Part shown: piece by piece, positions 56,941 to 64,000 of the stretch
Layout of the letters: every line of letters starts with the position of its first letter
Numbering within the stretch: the stretch's first letter is position 1
Origin: Planctomycetota bacterium
GTDB taxonomy: Bacteria > Planctomycetota > Brocadiia > JAADGH01
Length of the DNA stretch: 64,000 bases
Direction: 5' to 3'
NCBI GenBank assembly: GCA_040755855.1
Contig: JBFMAD010000003.1
Span: forward strand, 160,001 to 224,000
Translations under genes and position numbers: made by a program
Notes under the pieces: model-generated
Databases searched by the model: none
Seen by the model: the letters and a program-made list of their open reading frames with translations, nothing else
Told to the model about the DNA's origin: nothing

Positions 56941-59057
56941 GCCCGCCTCCACCTATGCGTCAGCGCCTGCTCCACGGAGATCACGACGAGCGATGCGATG
57001 AGGAGATAGTGCCAGATCGGCCGGCCGAGGCGCACAGCGGCGAGCGTCTGCTCGCCGGTCCCCGCCTCGACGAAATGCTTGTCGCCGGAGCGAGACCGCT
57101 TCGCAATCGCCTGCTCTTCCATGGGGCGCAGGTCGCTCTCGTCGGGGTGGACATTAACCGCAACGGCCCCCGCCACTTTGCCGTCGGCGAGGATCCGATA
57201 AACACCCGGCTGCTCCGCGCCCTCGATGGCGACCGACACGCTGTCGCCCATGCAGTCCGTGACAACTGTCTTGTCCTCCGACGCCGGTCCCCGCGCCGTG
57301 ATGATCGCGTCGCCGCGCGGAAGGAGGATGGACGTTCGGCACGGCGTCCCAACAAGACTGCCGGTATCCGTCCCTCGCCGCGGTCGTAGGCAACGAATCA
57401 TCTCATGGACGAGGGGAACGAAGTTGACATTCCGCGCCAGGTTGCTGGCATCCGGGGCGGGGGAGAAGTTGCAGAGCACGAGCGTCCCGCCGCCCACGTT
57501 GCGCCGCGCCATGGAGATCGTGCCGTCTTCATAGGTGAGCAGTACCTCCGAGAGATCATCGGCGGGGATGGTTTGGTTGAACTTGTAGACCTTGATAGAG
57601 GTGAGGTCGCCTTTTTCCGGATCGCGAAACATTGCGAGGAGAGGGCTGTCGAAGTTCGCCTCGCGGAAGTAGGTGAAGGCGTTGCGCTGCGCGGAGAGGT
57701 CGAACTGCTCGCCCACGGTGAAGGGGACGATCCGGTCGTCGCCGCCCAGCGCATCAAGCGCCGCAAGGTTTTCCTTCGCTTCCCTGTCGCACAGGAAGAA
57801 GACGGCGCTGCCGCCCTCTTTCACTGTTCGGAGCAATCGGGCCAGGGCATCCTGTGGTATGGCGCCCGTTTCGGCGAAGATAAGCACGTCATAATCCCTT
57901 AAATTACAATGCCTTAGCTGATCGGTCCGAACGGTCTGGACGTTCAGCTTTCCGGCTCCGTCGCGGAAGGGACGCAAGGCCCGGGATAGGAAGTAGGACG
58001 CCGATCTGCGGTCCTTCGGGTCGGAGTCGGTCACGACAAGGACGCGAATCTTCTCCTGCACGGCGACGACAAAGAAGCGCCGGTCGTCCGGCGCCAGACC
58101 GTCCTCGGAGATAGACACTTCGCCAGGATAAATCCCCGGCCCGCCCAGCCGACAGGGGAACGACACGGATGCGGATGCGAACGCCTGAACCCGGACGGAC
58201 CGCTCCATTTCCTCCCCCGTGTCGAAGCTCAACCGGACCGAGACGTCTTGCGGCTCGGCGGCGAAATTGGCAACCTCACACTCCACAGTCACCGGGTCGG
58301 CGGCCACCGGTGCATTCGGCCGGACGGTCGCCGATGTGACGGCTCGGTTGGCCGCGTTCGGGATGCCAACGTCCACGAAGTAGACCCGATAGTCCTTCTC
58401 GATCCAGGCCATGTCCACATCGGACCAGTTGCTGCGCTGGAAGTCGGAGAAGACATAGACTTCCTTTCTCGGACTGTCGTCCTCGGCAAGTTGCCCGGCG
58501 GCCATGCGGAGGGCGGCAGCGATGTCGGCTCTGGCGGCGGTCGGATCGGCGCGTCGCAGGTCGTCTTGGAGGCTGTGCACGTTTGGGGCAAGGCGGGGGT
58601 AGGAGGCAACGGGCGCGGCGCCGGCGAGGATCAGGTTGGCGCGGTCGCCGGGCCGGATGGAGTCGAGGAGTTGGATCGCCTCGGCCTTCGCTCTTGCGAA
58701 TGGGGTCGCCCCGCGGCGGGTGTAGGTCATGCTCATGGAACCGTCGAGGACGAGCACGGCGGCCGTCCCTCCTTCTTTCGGCTTCCCCGTGAACGACGAG
58801 TAGGTGATGAACGGTTTGAGGAAGGCAAACGCGACCAGCGCGATGAACAGCGCCCGAAGCGCGAGGAGGATGATGTGTCGCAGGCGGCGGAAGACGGATT
58901 GCTCGGTGACTGTCCGGCGGAGGAAGCGGATGGTGGGGAACTCGATCCGCCTCGGCTCGTGGCGGTGGTAGAGATGGATGGCGATGGGGATGGCGATGCC
59001 GAGGAGGCACAACCCCAGGGCCGGGTTGGCGAAGCTCAGCCAGCTCATCCCAATCAC
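56937..59057 (-). CDS. BatA-domain vWA protein
   Basis: FANP...IPIAIHL...FPT.RFL...LL.LR; DGSMSM; FSDFQ; ESDL; C-terminal TM. Start could be 59048. Confidence 0.88.
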   Translation of the reverse strand: MIGMSWLSFANPALGLCLLGIAIPIAIHLYHRHEPRRIEFPTIRFLRRTVTEQSVFRRLRHIILLALRALFIALVAFAFLKPFITYSSFTGKPKEGGTAAVLVLDGSMSMTYTRRGATPFARAKAEAIQLLDSIRPGDRANLILAGAAPVASYPRLAPNVHSLQDDLRRADPTAARADIAAALRMAAGQLAEDDSPRKEVYVFSDFQRSNWSDVDMAWIEKDYRVYFVDVGIPNAANRAVTSATVRPNAPVAADPVTVECEVANFAAEPQDVSVRLSFDTGEEMERSVRVQAFASASVSFPCRLGGPGIYPGEVSISEDGLAPDDRRFFVVAVQEKIRVLVVTDSDPKDRRSASYFLSRALRPFRDGAGKLNVQTVRTDQLRHCNLRDYDVLIFAETGAIPQDALARLLRTVKEGGSAVFFLCDREAKENLAALDALGGDDRIVPFTVGEQFDLSAQRNAFTYFREANFDSPLLAMFRDPEKGDLTSIKVYKFNQTIPADDLSEVLLTYEDGTISMARRNVGGGTLVLCNFSPAPDASNLARNVNFVPLVHEMIRCLRPRRGTDTGSLVGTPCRTSILLPRGDAIITARGPASEDKTVVTDCMGDSVSVAIEGAEQPGVYRILADGKVAGAVAVNVHPDESDLRPMEEQAIAKRSRSGDKHFVEAGTGEQTLAAVRLGRPIWHYLLIASLVVISVEQALTHRWRRA

Positions 59058-59058
59058 C

Positions 59059-60099
59059 TCACATCGTCAATCGCTTGTAGAGATACTTCTCGAGGACGCG
59101 ATAGTACTCGGTTTCCGTGTTCACCAAGTTGTAGTCAATCTGCCGGGCCGCAGCGTGGGCCTTCATCTCGGCAATGAACGCATTCATGTGCTGTTGGTAC
59201 TCGCTCCGCACGTCGTCCGGCTCGGCGGTGATGCTCTCTGCCGTCTCCGCATCAACGAACCGGACGTTCGGGAACGCGGGCAGCTCCCGCTCGTCGTGAT
59301 GGAGCACGTGGAGGAGGATGACGTCGAACTTGCGATGGCGGAACATGCTCAGCGACTTGAAGATTCGCTCAGGGTCGTCGAGGAAGTCCGACACCACGAT
59401 GAGCAGTCCACGTTTTTTCAGGATCGGAAAAATTTTTCGCAGGGCCTCAGCCACATCGGTGCGCCGGCCGATACGCAGGTCCTCAAGCGCGTTCAACATG
59501 CCGAAGAGGTGCGGGGCTGTCCCGCCGGGGGGGCGGAAGTATCGAACTTGGTCGTCGAAGATCGTCAGGCTCACTCTATCCCCTTGTTTGACAATAAGAT
59601 ACGCCAACGCCGCTACAAGGTAGGAGGCGTATTCGATCTTCGACAGCCCGCCGTCCCGGCCGTATCGCATCGACGCGCTCTGGTCGAGGAGGATGTGGCA
59701 GGTCATGTCCGTCTCCTCCTCGAAGAGCTTGATGTAGTGGCGGTCGCTACGGGCGTAGGCCTTCCAGTCAATGGCGCGAATCTCGTCGCCGGGGACGTAC
59801 TCCCGGTAGTCCGCGAACTCGACGGAGAAGCCGAAGTAGGGCGAGCGATGACGGCCCGCGAACCGCCCCTCGACAATGGTCTTTGCGATGAAGTGCATGT
59901 TGCGGAGTTTCTTCAGGCTGCGAAGATCGAGGTACTTCCAGCGCGAAGGCTTTTGCGGGGCGGGCGACGTGGCCGACCTCGGCCGCGTGAGAGGGTTGAC
60001 AAACACCTCGCCCGGCGCGGGGGTTACAGGGATGGGCGCTGCTGGGGTCCGGGCCAGCCTGCGGAGGAAACGTCTCTTTCTCTCTGTTATTTGCGACAT
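59059..60099 (-). CDS. DUF58 protein
   Basis: G.HRSP..GFSVEFADYREYVPGD...IDWK; DQSASM; VSDF. Confidence 0.93.
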   Translation of the reverse strand: MSQITERKRRFLRRLARTPAAPIPVTPAPGEVFVNPLTRPRSATSPAPQKPSRWKYLDLRSLKKLRNMHFIAKTIVEGRFAGRHRSPYFGFSVEFADYREYVPGDEIRAIDWKAYARSDRHYIKLFEEETDMTCHILLDQSASMRYGRDGGLSKIEYASYLVAALAYLIVKQGDRVSLTIFDDQVRYFRPPGGTAPHLFGMLNALEDLRIGRRTDVAEALRKIFPILKKRGLLIVVSDFLDDPERIFKSLSMFRHRKFDVILLHVLHHDERELPAFPNVRFVDAETAESITAEPDDVRSEYQQHMNAFIAEMKAHAAARQIDYNLVNTETEYYRVLEKYLYKRLTM

Positions 60100-60104
60100 G
60101 GCGA

Positions 60105-61151
60105 CTACTCCGCGGCTGATCCGTAAAGAGGCTGGTTTACGTTGGCGAGAAGCTGGTCAATGATGTCCAGCGACGTAATGCCCTCGCCGGCGGCGTTGTA
60201 GTTGGGTAGGATGCGATGGCGGAGCACCGGCGCGGCCATGTCGCGCACGTCGCGCACGGACGGGGCCGGTTTGCCCTGGAGCACGGCCCATGCCTTGGCG
60301 CCGAGGACGAGGTACTGCGAGGCCCTCGGCCCCGCTCCCCACTCGACGAAGTCGTTGACAAACTGCGGGGTGCCGATGTCGCCCGGTCGGGTCTGCCGGG
60401 CAAGGTCCACCGCGAAGCGGATGACGTGCTTGGATACCGGCACGCGGCGGACGATCTGCTGGAAGTCCATCACGTCCTCCTTCGAGAAGATCGGCTCAAC
60501 CTTATGGACCTCCGCCGTCGTGGTCTTCTCGACGATCTGTTCCTCGATGTTCTGGGCGGGATAGGAAATGTAGAGGCAGAACATGAAGCGATCCAACTGC
60601 GCCTCCGGCAGTGGGTAGGTCCCTTCCTGCTCGATCGGGTTCTGCGTGGCGATGACATGGAACGGCTTCGGGAGGGGCATGGTCTTGCCGGCGGCGGTGA
60701 CGGCGTACTCCTGCATGGCCTCGAGGAGGGCGGACTGGGTCTTTGGCGGCGTTCGGTTGATCTCGTCGGCGAGGATGATGTTGGCGAAGATCGGCCCCTT
60801 CACAAATCGCAGGGCGCGTTCGCCGGTGCTCTGGTCCTGCTGGAGGATCTCGGTGCCGGTGATGTCCGACGGCATGAGATCGGGCGTGAACTGAATGCGC
60901 TTGAAGTCCCACGAGAGGGCCTGCGCGAGGGTCTTGACGAGGAGCGTCTTGGCCAGGCCCGGCACGCCGACGATGAGGCAGTGCCCGTCGGCGAACATGG
61001 TGATGAGGAGCTTTTGCACGAGGTCAATCTGGCCATAGACGACCTTGGCAATTTCCTTCATTAGCCGGGCATTGCCGTCTCGGATGCGTTCGATGGCGGC
61101 AAGGTCGGCGTCCTTCAGGGGTTCGGCCACGGGGCTTGGGGGCTTGGTCAT
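60105..61151 (-). CDS. moxR: MoxR-family AAA+ ATPase
   Basis: GVPGLAKT, RIQFTPDLMPSDITG, LADEINR, ATQNPIEQEGTYPLPEAQLDRF; AAGGAG RBS before ATG 61151. Confidence 0.96.
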   Translation of the reverse strand: MTKPPSPVAEPLKDADLAAIERIRDGNARLMKEIAKVVYGQIDLVQKLLITMFADGHCLIVGVPGLAKTLLVKTLAQALSWDFKRIQFTPDLMPSDITGTEILQQDQSTGERALRFVKGPIFANIILADEINRTPPKTQSALLEAMQEYAVTAAGKTMPLPKPFHVIATQNPIEQEGTYPLPEAQLDRFMFCLYISYPAQNIEEQIVEKTTTAEVHKVEPIFSKEDVMDFQQIVRRVPVSKHVIRFAVDLARQTRPGDIGTPQFVNDFVEWGAGPRASQYLVLGAKAWAVLQGKPAPSVRDVRDMAAPVLRHRILPNYNAAGEGITSLDIIDQLLANVNQPLYGSAAE

Positions 61152-61280
61152 GCGTTTCTCCTTACACGGGGTCACGGGTGCTGTTTGAATCAGTATATCA
61201 CACAAATCGGCCCTCGTAAAGCCGATAGGGTCCCTGCAATTATATACGGCATGGGGCGGTGTGTTATTTTCCATTGGCCC

Positions 61281-61305
61281 GGAAGCGGCAAGATGCCGCT
61301 TCTAC
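61281..61305 (-). repeat. GTAG-type REP-like palindrome
   Basis: Minus strand GTAGAAGCGGCATCTTGCCGCTTCC, 9-bp stem. Confidence 0.6.
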
Positions 61306-61368
61306 TTTGGGCGAAAACATGCCATAATGGGACGGAAGAATCGGATGCCAGCGACGAAAGGATAACCC

Positions 61369-62658
61369 ATGAGGAAGAGCAAACTCTGGAAGCGGATTCA
61401 TTCGGAGATCGAGAAAATTTGGGTCATTGATTCGCACTCCCACCTGACCAGCGAGGAGAACTACTACAAGCAGAACCTCAGCGTCTTCAACATGGTCTCC
61501 TACTTCGGCCGCGACATCCAGTCCACCTCGACCGGACCACTCGCCGACACGCTGCCGACCGCCAAGACCGAGGAAGACAAGGTCGAGCGGTTCCTCGAAA
61601 TCGTCCGGCGAACCGAGGCCGTCTCCTACTTCCGCCACAACATAATCGCCTACCAGGACCTCTTCGGCCTCAAGGGCGACCTCACCCCGAAGAAGATAAA
61701 GAAACTGAACGCCGCGATCGCAAAAAAAACGAAAGACCCCAAGTGGTTCCGCAAGGTGATGAAAAAACTCTGCCGCATCGAAACCGGCCTCCTCAACGTC
61801 CCGCCCCTTGATCTGCGCTGGGACAAGGATTACGCCATCGCCGTCATGCGCATGGAACCCTTCCTGCCGTTCCTCCGCGCAGACAAACCGGAGATTGACA
61901 AACTGGCGCAGGAAGTGGACATGCCCATCGGCAAGGTTGCCGACTACACCGCCGCCCTCGCCAGGCTGATGCAGAAGGCCCGCGATCTGGGCGCGGTGGG
62001 CATCAAGCTGGCCCACGCCTACCAGCGCACGCTGGCCCACACAAGACCATCTGAGCAGGAGGCCGACGCCATCTTCCAGAAAGTGTTGCGGGGCGAGAGG
62101 CCGCCGGCCGGCGAGGAGAAGGCCCTACAGGACCACATCGTCTTCTTCCTCGCCGACGCCGCCGGGCAGATGGACCTCGTCTTCCAGATCCACACGGGGG
62201 TGCAGAACAACTGGGGCCACATCCCCGACTCCGACCCCCTGCACCTGCTCAATCTGCTGCGCGAGTTCCCCAAGACGCGGTTCGATATCTTCCACGCGGG
62301 CTATCCGTACTCGCGCGAGATGGGGATGCTCGGCAAGCATTACCCGAACGTCTGGGCCAACATGTGCTGGATGTACCCCATCACGATGGAGGGCAGCCGG
62401 CAGACGCTCGACGAGTGGATTGATCTTATCCCCGGCTATCGTATCCTCGGCTTCGGGTCGGACGTGCCGTATCCGGAGAATGTGTTTGCCCATCTCAAGA
62501 TGGCCCGCGCCTGCATCACGGATGTGCTGGCGAAGAAGGTGGAGCAGGACTTCATCACGGAGGACATCGCCGTCCGGCTGGCGAAGCAGATGCTTCGGAA
62601 CAACCTGATCGCCCTCTTCAAACTCGACGAGCGGTTCGGGATCAGGAAGATGGAGTAA
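61369..62658 (+). CDS. Amidohydrolase-superfamily protein (uronate-isomerase-like)
   Basis: IDSHSH, GIK...AYQR, QIHTG, FHAGYPY, GFGSD. Confidence 0.88.
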   Translation: MRKSKLWKRIHSEIEKIWVIDSHSHLTSEENYYKQNLSVFNMVSYFGRDIQSTSTGPLADTLPTAKTEEDKVERFLEIVRRTEAVSYFRHNIIAYQDLFGLKGDLTPKKIKKLNAAIAKKTKDPKWFRKVMKKLCRIETGLLNVPPLDLRWDKDYAIAVMRMEPFLPFLRADKPEIDKLAQEVDMPIGKVADYTAALARLMQKARDLGAVGIKLAHAYQRTLAHTRPSEQEADAIFQKVLRGERPPAGEEKALQDHIVFFLADAAGQMDLVFQIHTGVQNNWGHIPDSDPLHLLNLLREFPKTRFDIFHAGYPYSREMGMLGKHYPNVWANMCWMYPITMEGSRQTLDEWIDLIPGYRILGFGSDVPYPENVFAHLKMARACITDVLAKKVEQDFITEDIAVRLAKQMLRNNLIALFKLDERFGIRKME

Positions 62659-62690
62659 GGCCGCAGCCCATCCGTCACAGTGTGGCACAC

Positions 62691-62755
62691 GTCATTCCCG
62701 CGAAAGCGCGAATCCACTCTTCGACTCTTTGACTCTTCGACTCTTCGACTCTTCG
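62691..62755 (+). repeat. REP-like GTCATTCCCGCGAAAGCGCGAATCC followed by octamer ACTCTTCG x5
   Basis: Hairpin at 62691-62715; octamers at 62716-62755 (one variant). Confidence 0.85.
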
Positions 62756-62903
62756 ATTTCTTGTTACCCAAGCGTATTTCGTTCCGCAAAATGACCCTTT
62801 TCCCATACGCTTGCACATGTGCGCACAGCTCGATTTCGGGCCGGGGAATTGGCGTAAGAGCTGTCAGGAGAAGTGGATCGGACTCGCGCCCGCCGCGATC
62901 TGG

Positions 62904-62947
62904 CGATTAGTAGCCAACCGTATGGCCATACGCTTGGCTACTAATCG
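62904..62947. repeat. 44-bp near-perfect palindrome
   Basis: CGATTAGTAGCCAACCGTATGG|CCATACGCTTGGCTACTAATCG, one mismatch. Confidence 0.92.
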
Positions 62948-63191
62948 AGAAACCACCCTTTCCGGCCCGAATTCGGCCAGAAACGGCTTTTCGGCCCAAA
63001 TCCACTTAGTAGCCAAGTGTATGTCTACTCGTAAACGCGCCCCATTCGGTCTCTGGACGCATTTCACCATGCAGTTAACGAGGCAAATCGCTTTGGCGGC
63101 CACGAAACGGCCAACGGACGCAGATGCGGTGGTGCAGTTTTTCACTTTTGCGAAATTTCGGCCAAGACCTCCCCCGCGCGGCCGCGGGGTT

Positions 63192-63530
63192 CCGACCTCC
63201 GGGAGGTCGGTCCGGTCGGCAGCGGGTAATCCCGACGTCACTCTCGTTCCAAGCCTCTGCCTCGGAACGGACCATCCGTTCTCTCGTTCCGCGGCTCTGC
63301 CGCGGAACGAGCCGTCGGTCAGGCTCTGCCTGCCATCTTATCCCATTGTCCCTTCGGGACTTACGCCCCAGGTGTCCACGAAGTTGACAGTCCCCATCGG
63401 CTAAAGTGGTCATATCAGTGCGGGCGGGCTTGGGGGCGTAGGTGTCCACGAAGTTGACAGGTGCGGGTGTCCACGTCGTGGACAGTCCGGGGAGTCAGAC
63501 CTCCCGGAGGTCCTTGACCTCTGGGAGGTC
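63192..63530. repeat. Cluster of several REP-like palindromes and 21-bp direct repeats
   Basis: GACCTC(C/T)nGGAGGTC x3; CTCTCGTTCC..CTCTGCC..GGAACG x2; GTCCCTTCGGGAC; GGTGTCCACG..GT.GACAG x3. Confidence 0.85.
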
Positions 63531-63697
63531 GGTGAATCTCGCCCCCCTTTCGCGGCGGCCGCGACCCGATCCGCATCGTGACGTTGGTGAAGTTGAGGAA
63601 CGACGGAGTATTGGCGTGCTGGAACATCCCGCCACCTGCACGTGCTACCAATGATTTCCGCATCCGAATTGCACGCGAACCTGGGACCAGAAAAGAC

Positions 63698-63726
63698 TTG
63701 AGCATAGGCGGCACATAGGTTAAAAT
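63698..63726 (+). promoter_or_regulatory. Possible sigma70 promoter
   Basis: TTGAGC-N17-TAAAAT about 60 nt upstream of GTG 63786. Confidence 0.55.
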
Positions 63727-63785
63727 TCTGGATGTAACGGGAACCTCTGAGGCGACAGAGTGTTTTACGCAAAGGGCTATTTGCG

Positions 63786-64000
63786 GTGACGGCAAAGTCC
63801 TCTCCCTCTGACGTGGACATCCGATCGGCGTTAGTACGCCGGCTGGCCGAGCAGTACGAGAAGGATCATGACACCGTCATCCTGGAAGAGGTCAGCATGG
63901 GATGTGGTGCGCCCCGGCTGGATGTTCTCGTCGTCAACGGTGTCTTGCACGGCTTTGAGCTGAAGAGCGACAGGGACACGCTTAAGCGCTTGCCGCGCCA
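63786..64000 (+). CDS. sce7726-family PD-(D/E)XK nuclease-like protein, N-terminal part (runs off window; absent from ORF track)
   Basis: Manual translation: VTAKSSPSDVDIRSALVRRL...ILEEVSMGCGAPRLDVLVVNGVLHGFELKSDRDTLKRLPR. Confidence 0.85.
   Translation, partial: MTAKSSPSDVDIRSALVRRLAEQYEKDHDTVILEEVSMGCGAPRLDVLVVNGVLHGFELKSDRDTLKRLPR

Noticed and set aside
63370..63485. CRISPR array from the 21-bp repeats
   Set aside because: Only 2-3 copies, irregular spacers (49 and 5 nt), repeat too short, no cas genes.
62760..63500. Chromosomal oriC or canonical parS
   Set aside because: No TTATCCACA cluster, no AT-rich unwinding element, no dnaA/parAB; the boxes differ from TGTTTCACGTGAAACA in sequence and length.
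62680..63820. Listed ORFs across the repeat mosaic
   Set aside because: They translate the repeats, lack RBS and recognisable motifs, and overlap each other in several frames.

Overview
GC-rich bacterial chromosomal window from a diderm organism. The gene inventory (H-X9-DG-type prepilin, methyltransferase/PQQ-propeller protein, DUF4159/DUF58/BatA/MoxR cluster, many large secreted GH-like proteins) suggests a Planctomycetota/PVC-type anaerobe; this is inferred, not proven. There are about 45 CDS and no rRNA, tRNA or CRISPR array that I can support. Content: carbohydrate enzymes (GH130, three large uncharacterised secreted GH-like proteins, sulfatase), an ADP-forming acetate-CoA ligase cluster, an outer-membrane barrel/FecR/TMTC cluster, two GT-C+TPR glycosyltransferases, a probably sigma54-driven pilin, a Ser/Thr kinase with a 14x CxxC tail, an orphan DNA methyltransferase, and a 7-gene MoxR/vWA operon. 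Most notable observations: (i) the MoxR operon ends in a tetraheme cytochrome fused to a degenerate 5'-nucleotidase domain, with Cys clusters in its last three genes; (ii) four 7-bp tandem repeat tracts sit in frame inside one gene; (iii) an exported alpha/beta hydrolase ends in CxxCH; (iv) two adjacent membrane proteins share an unnamed C-terminal domain; (v) a sialidase is collapsed to 85 aa by an in-frame deletion; (vi) a ~0.85 kb mosaic of palindromic repeat families, including a 44-bp palindrome, lies upstream of a sce7726-like nuclease at the right edge. Family assignments come from motif recognition by eye, with no database searches.
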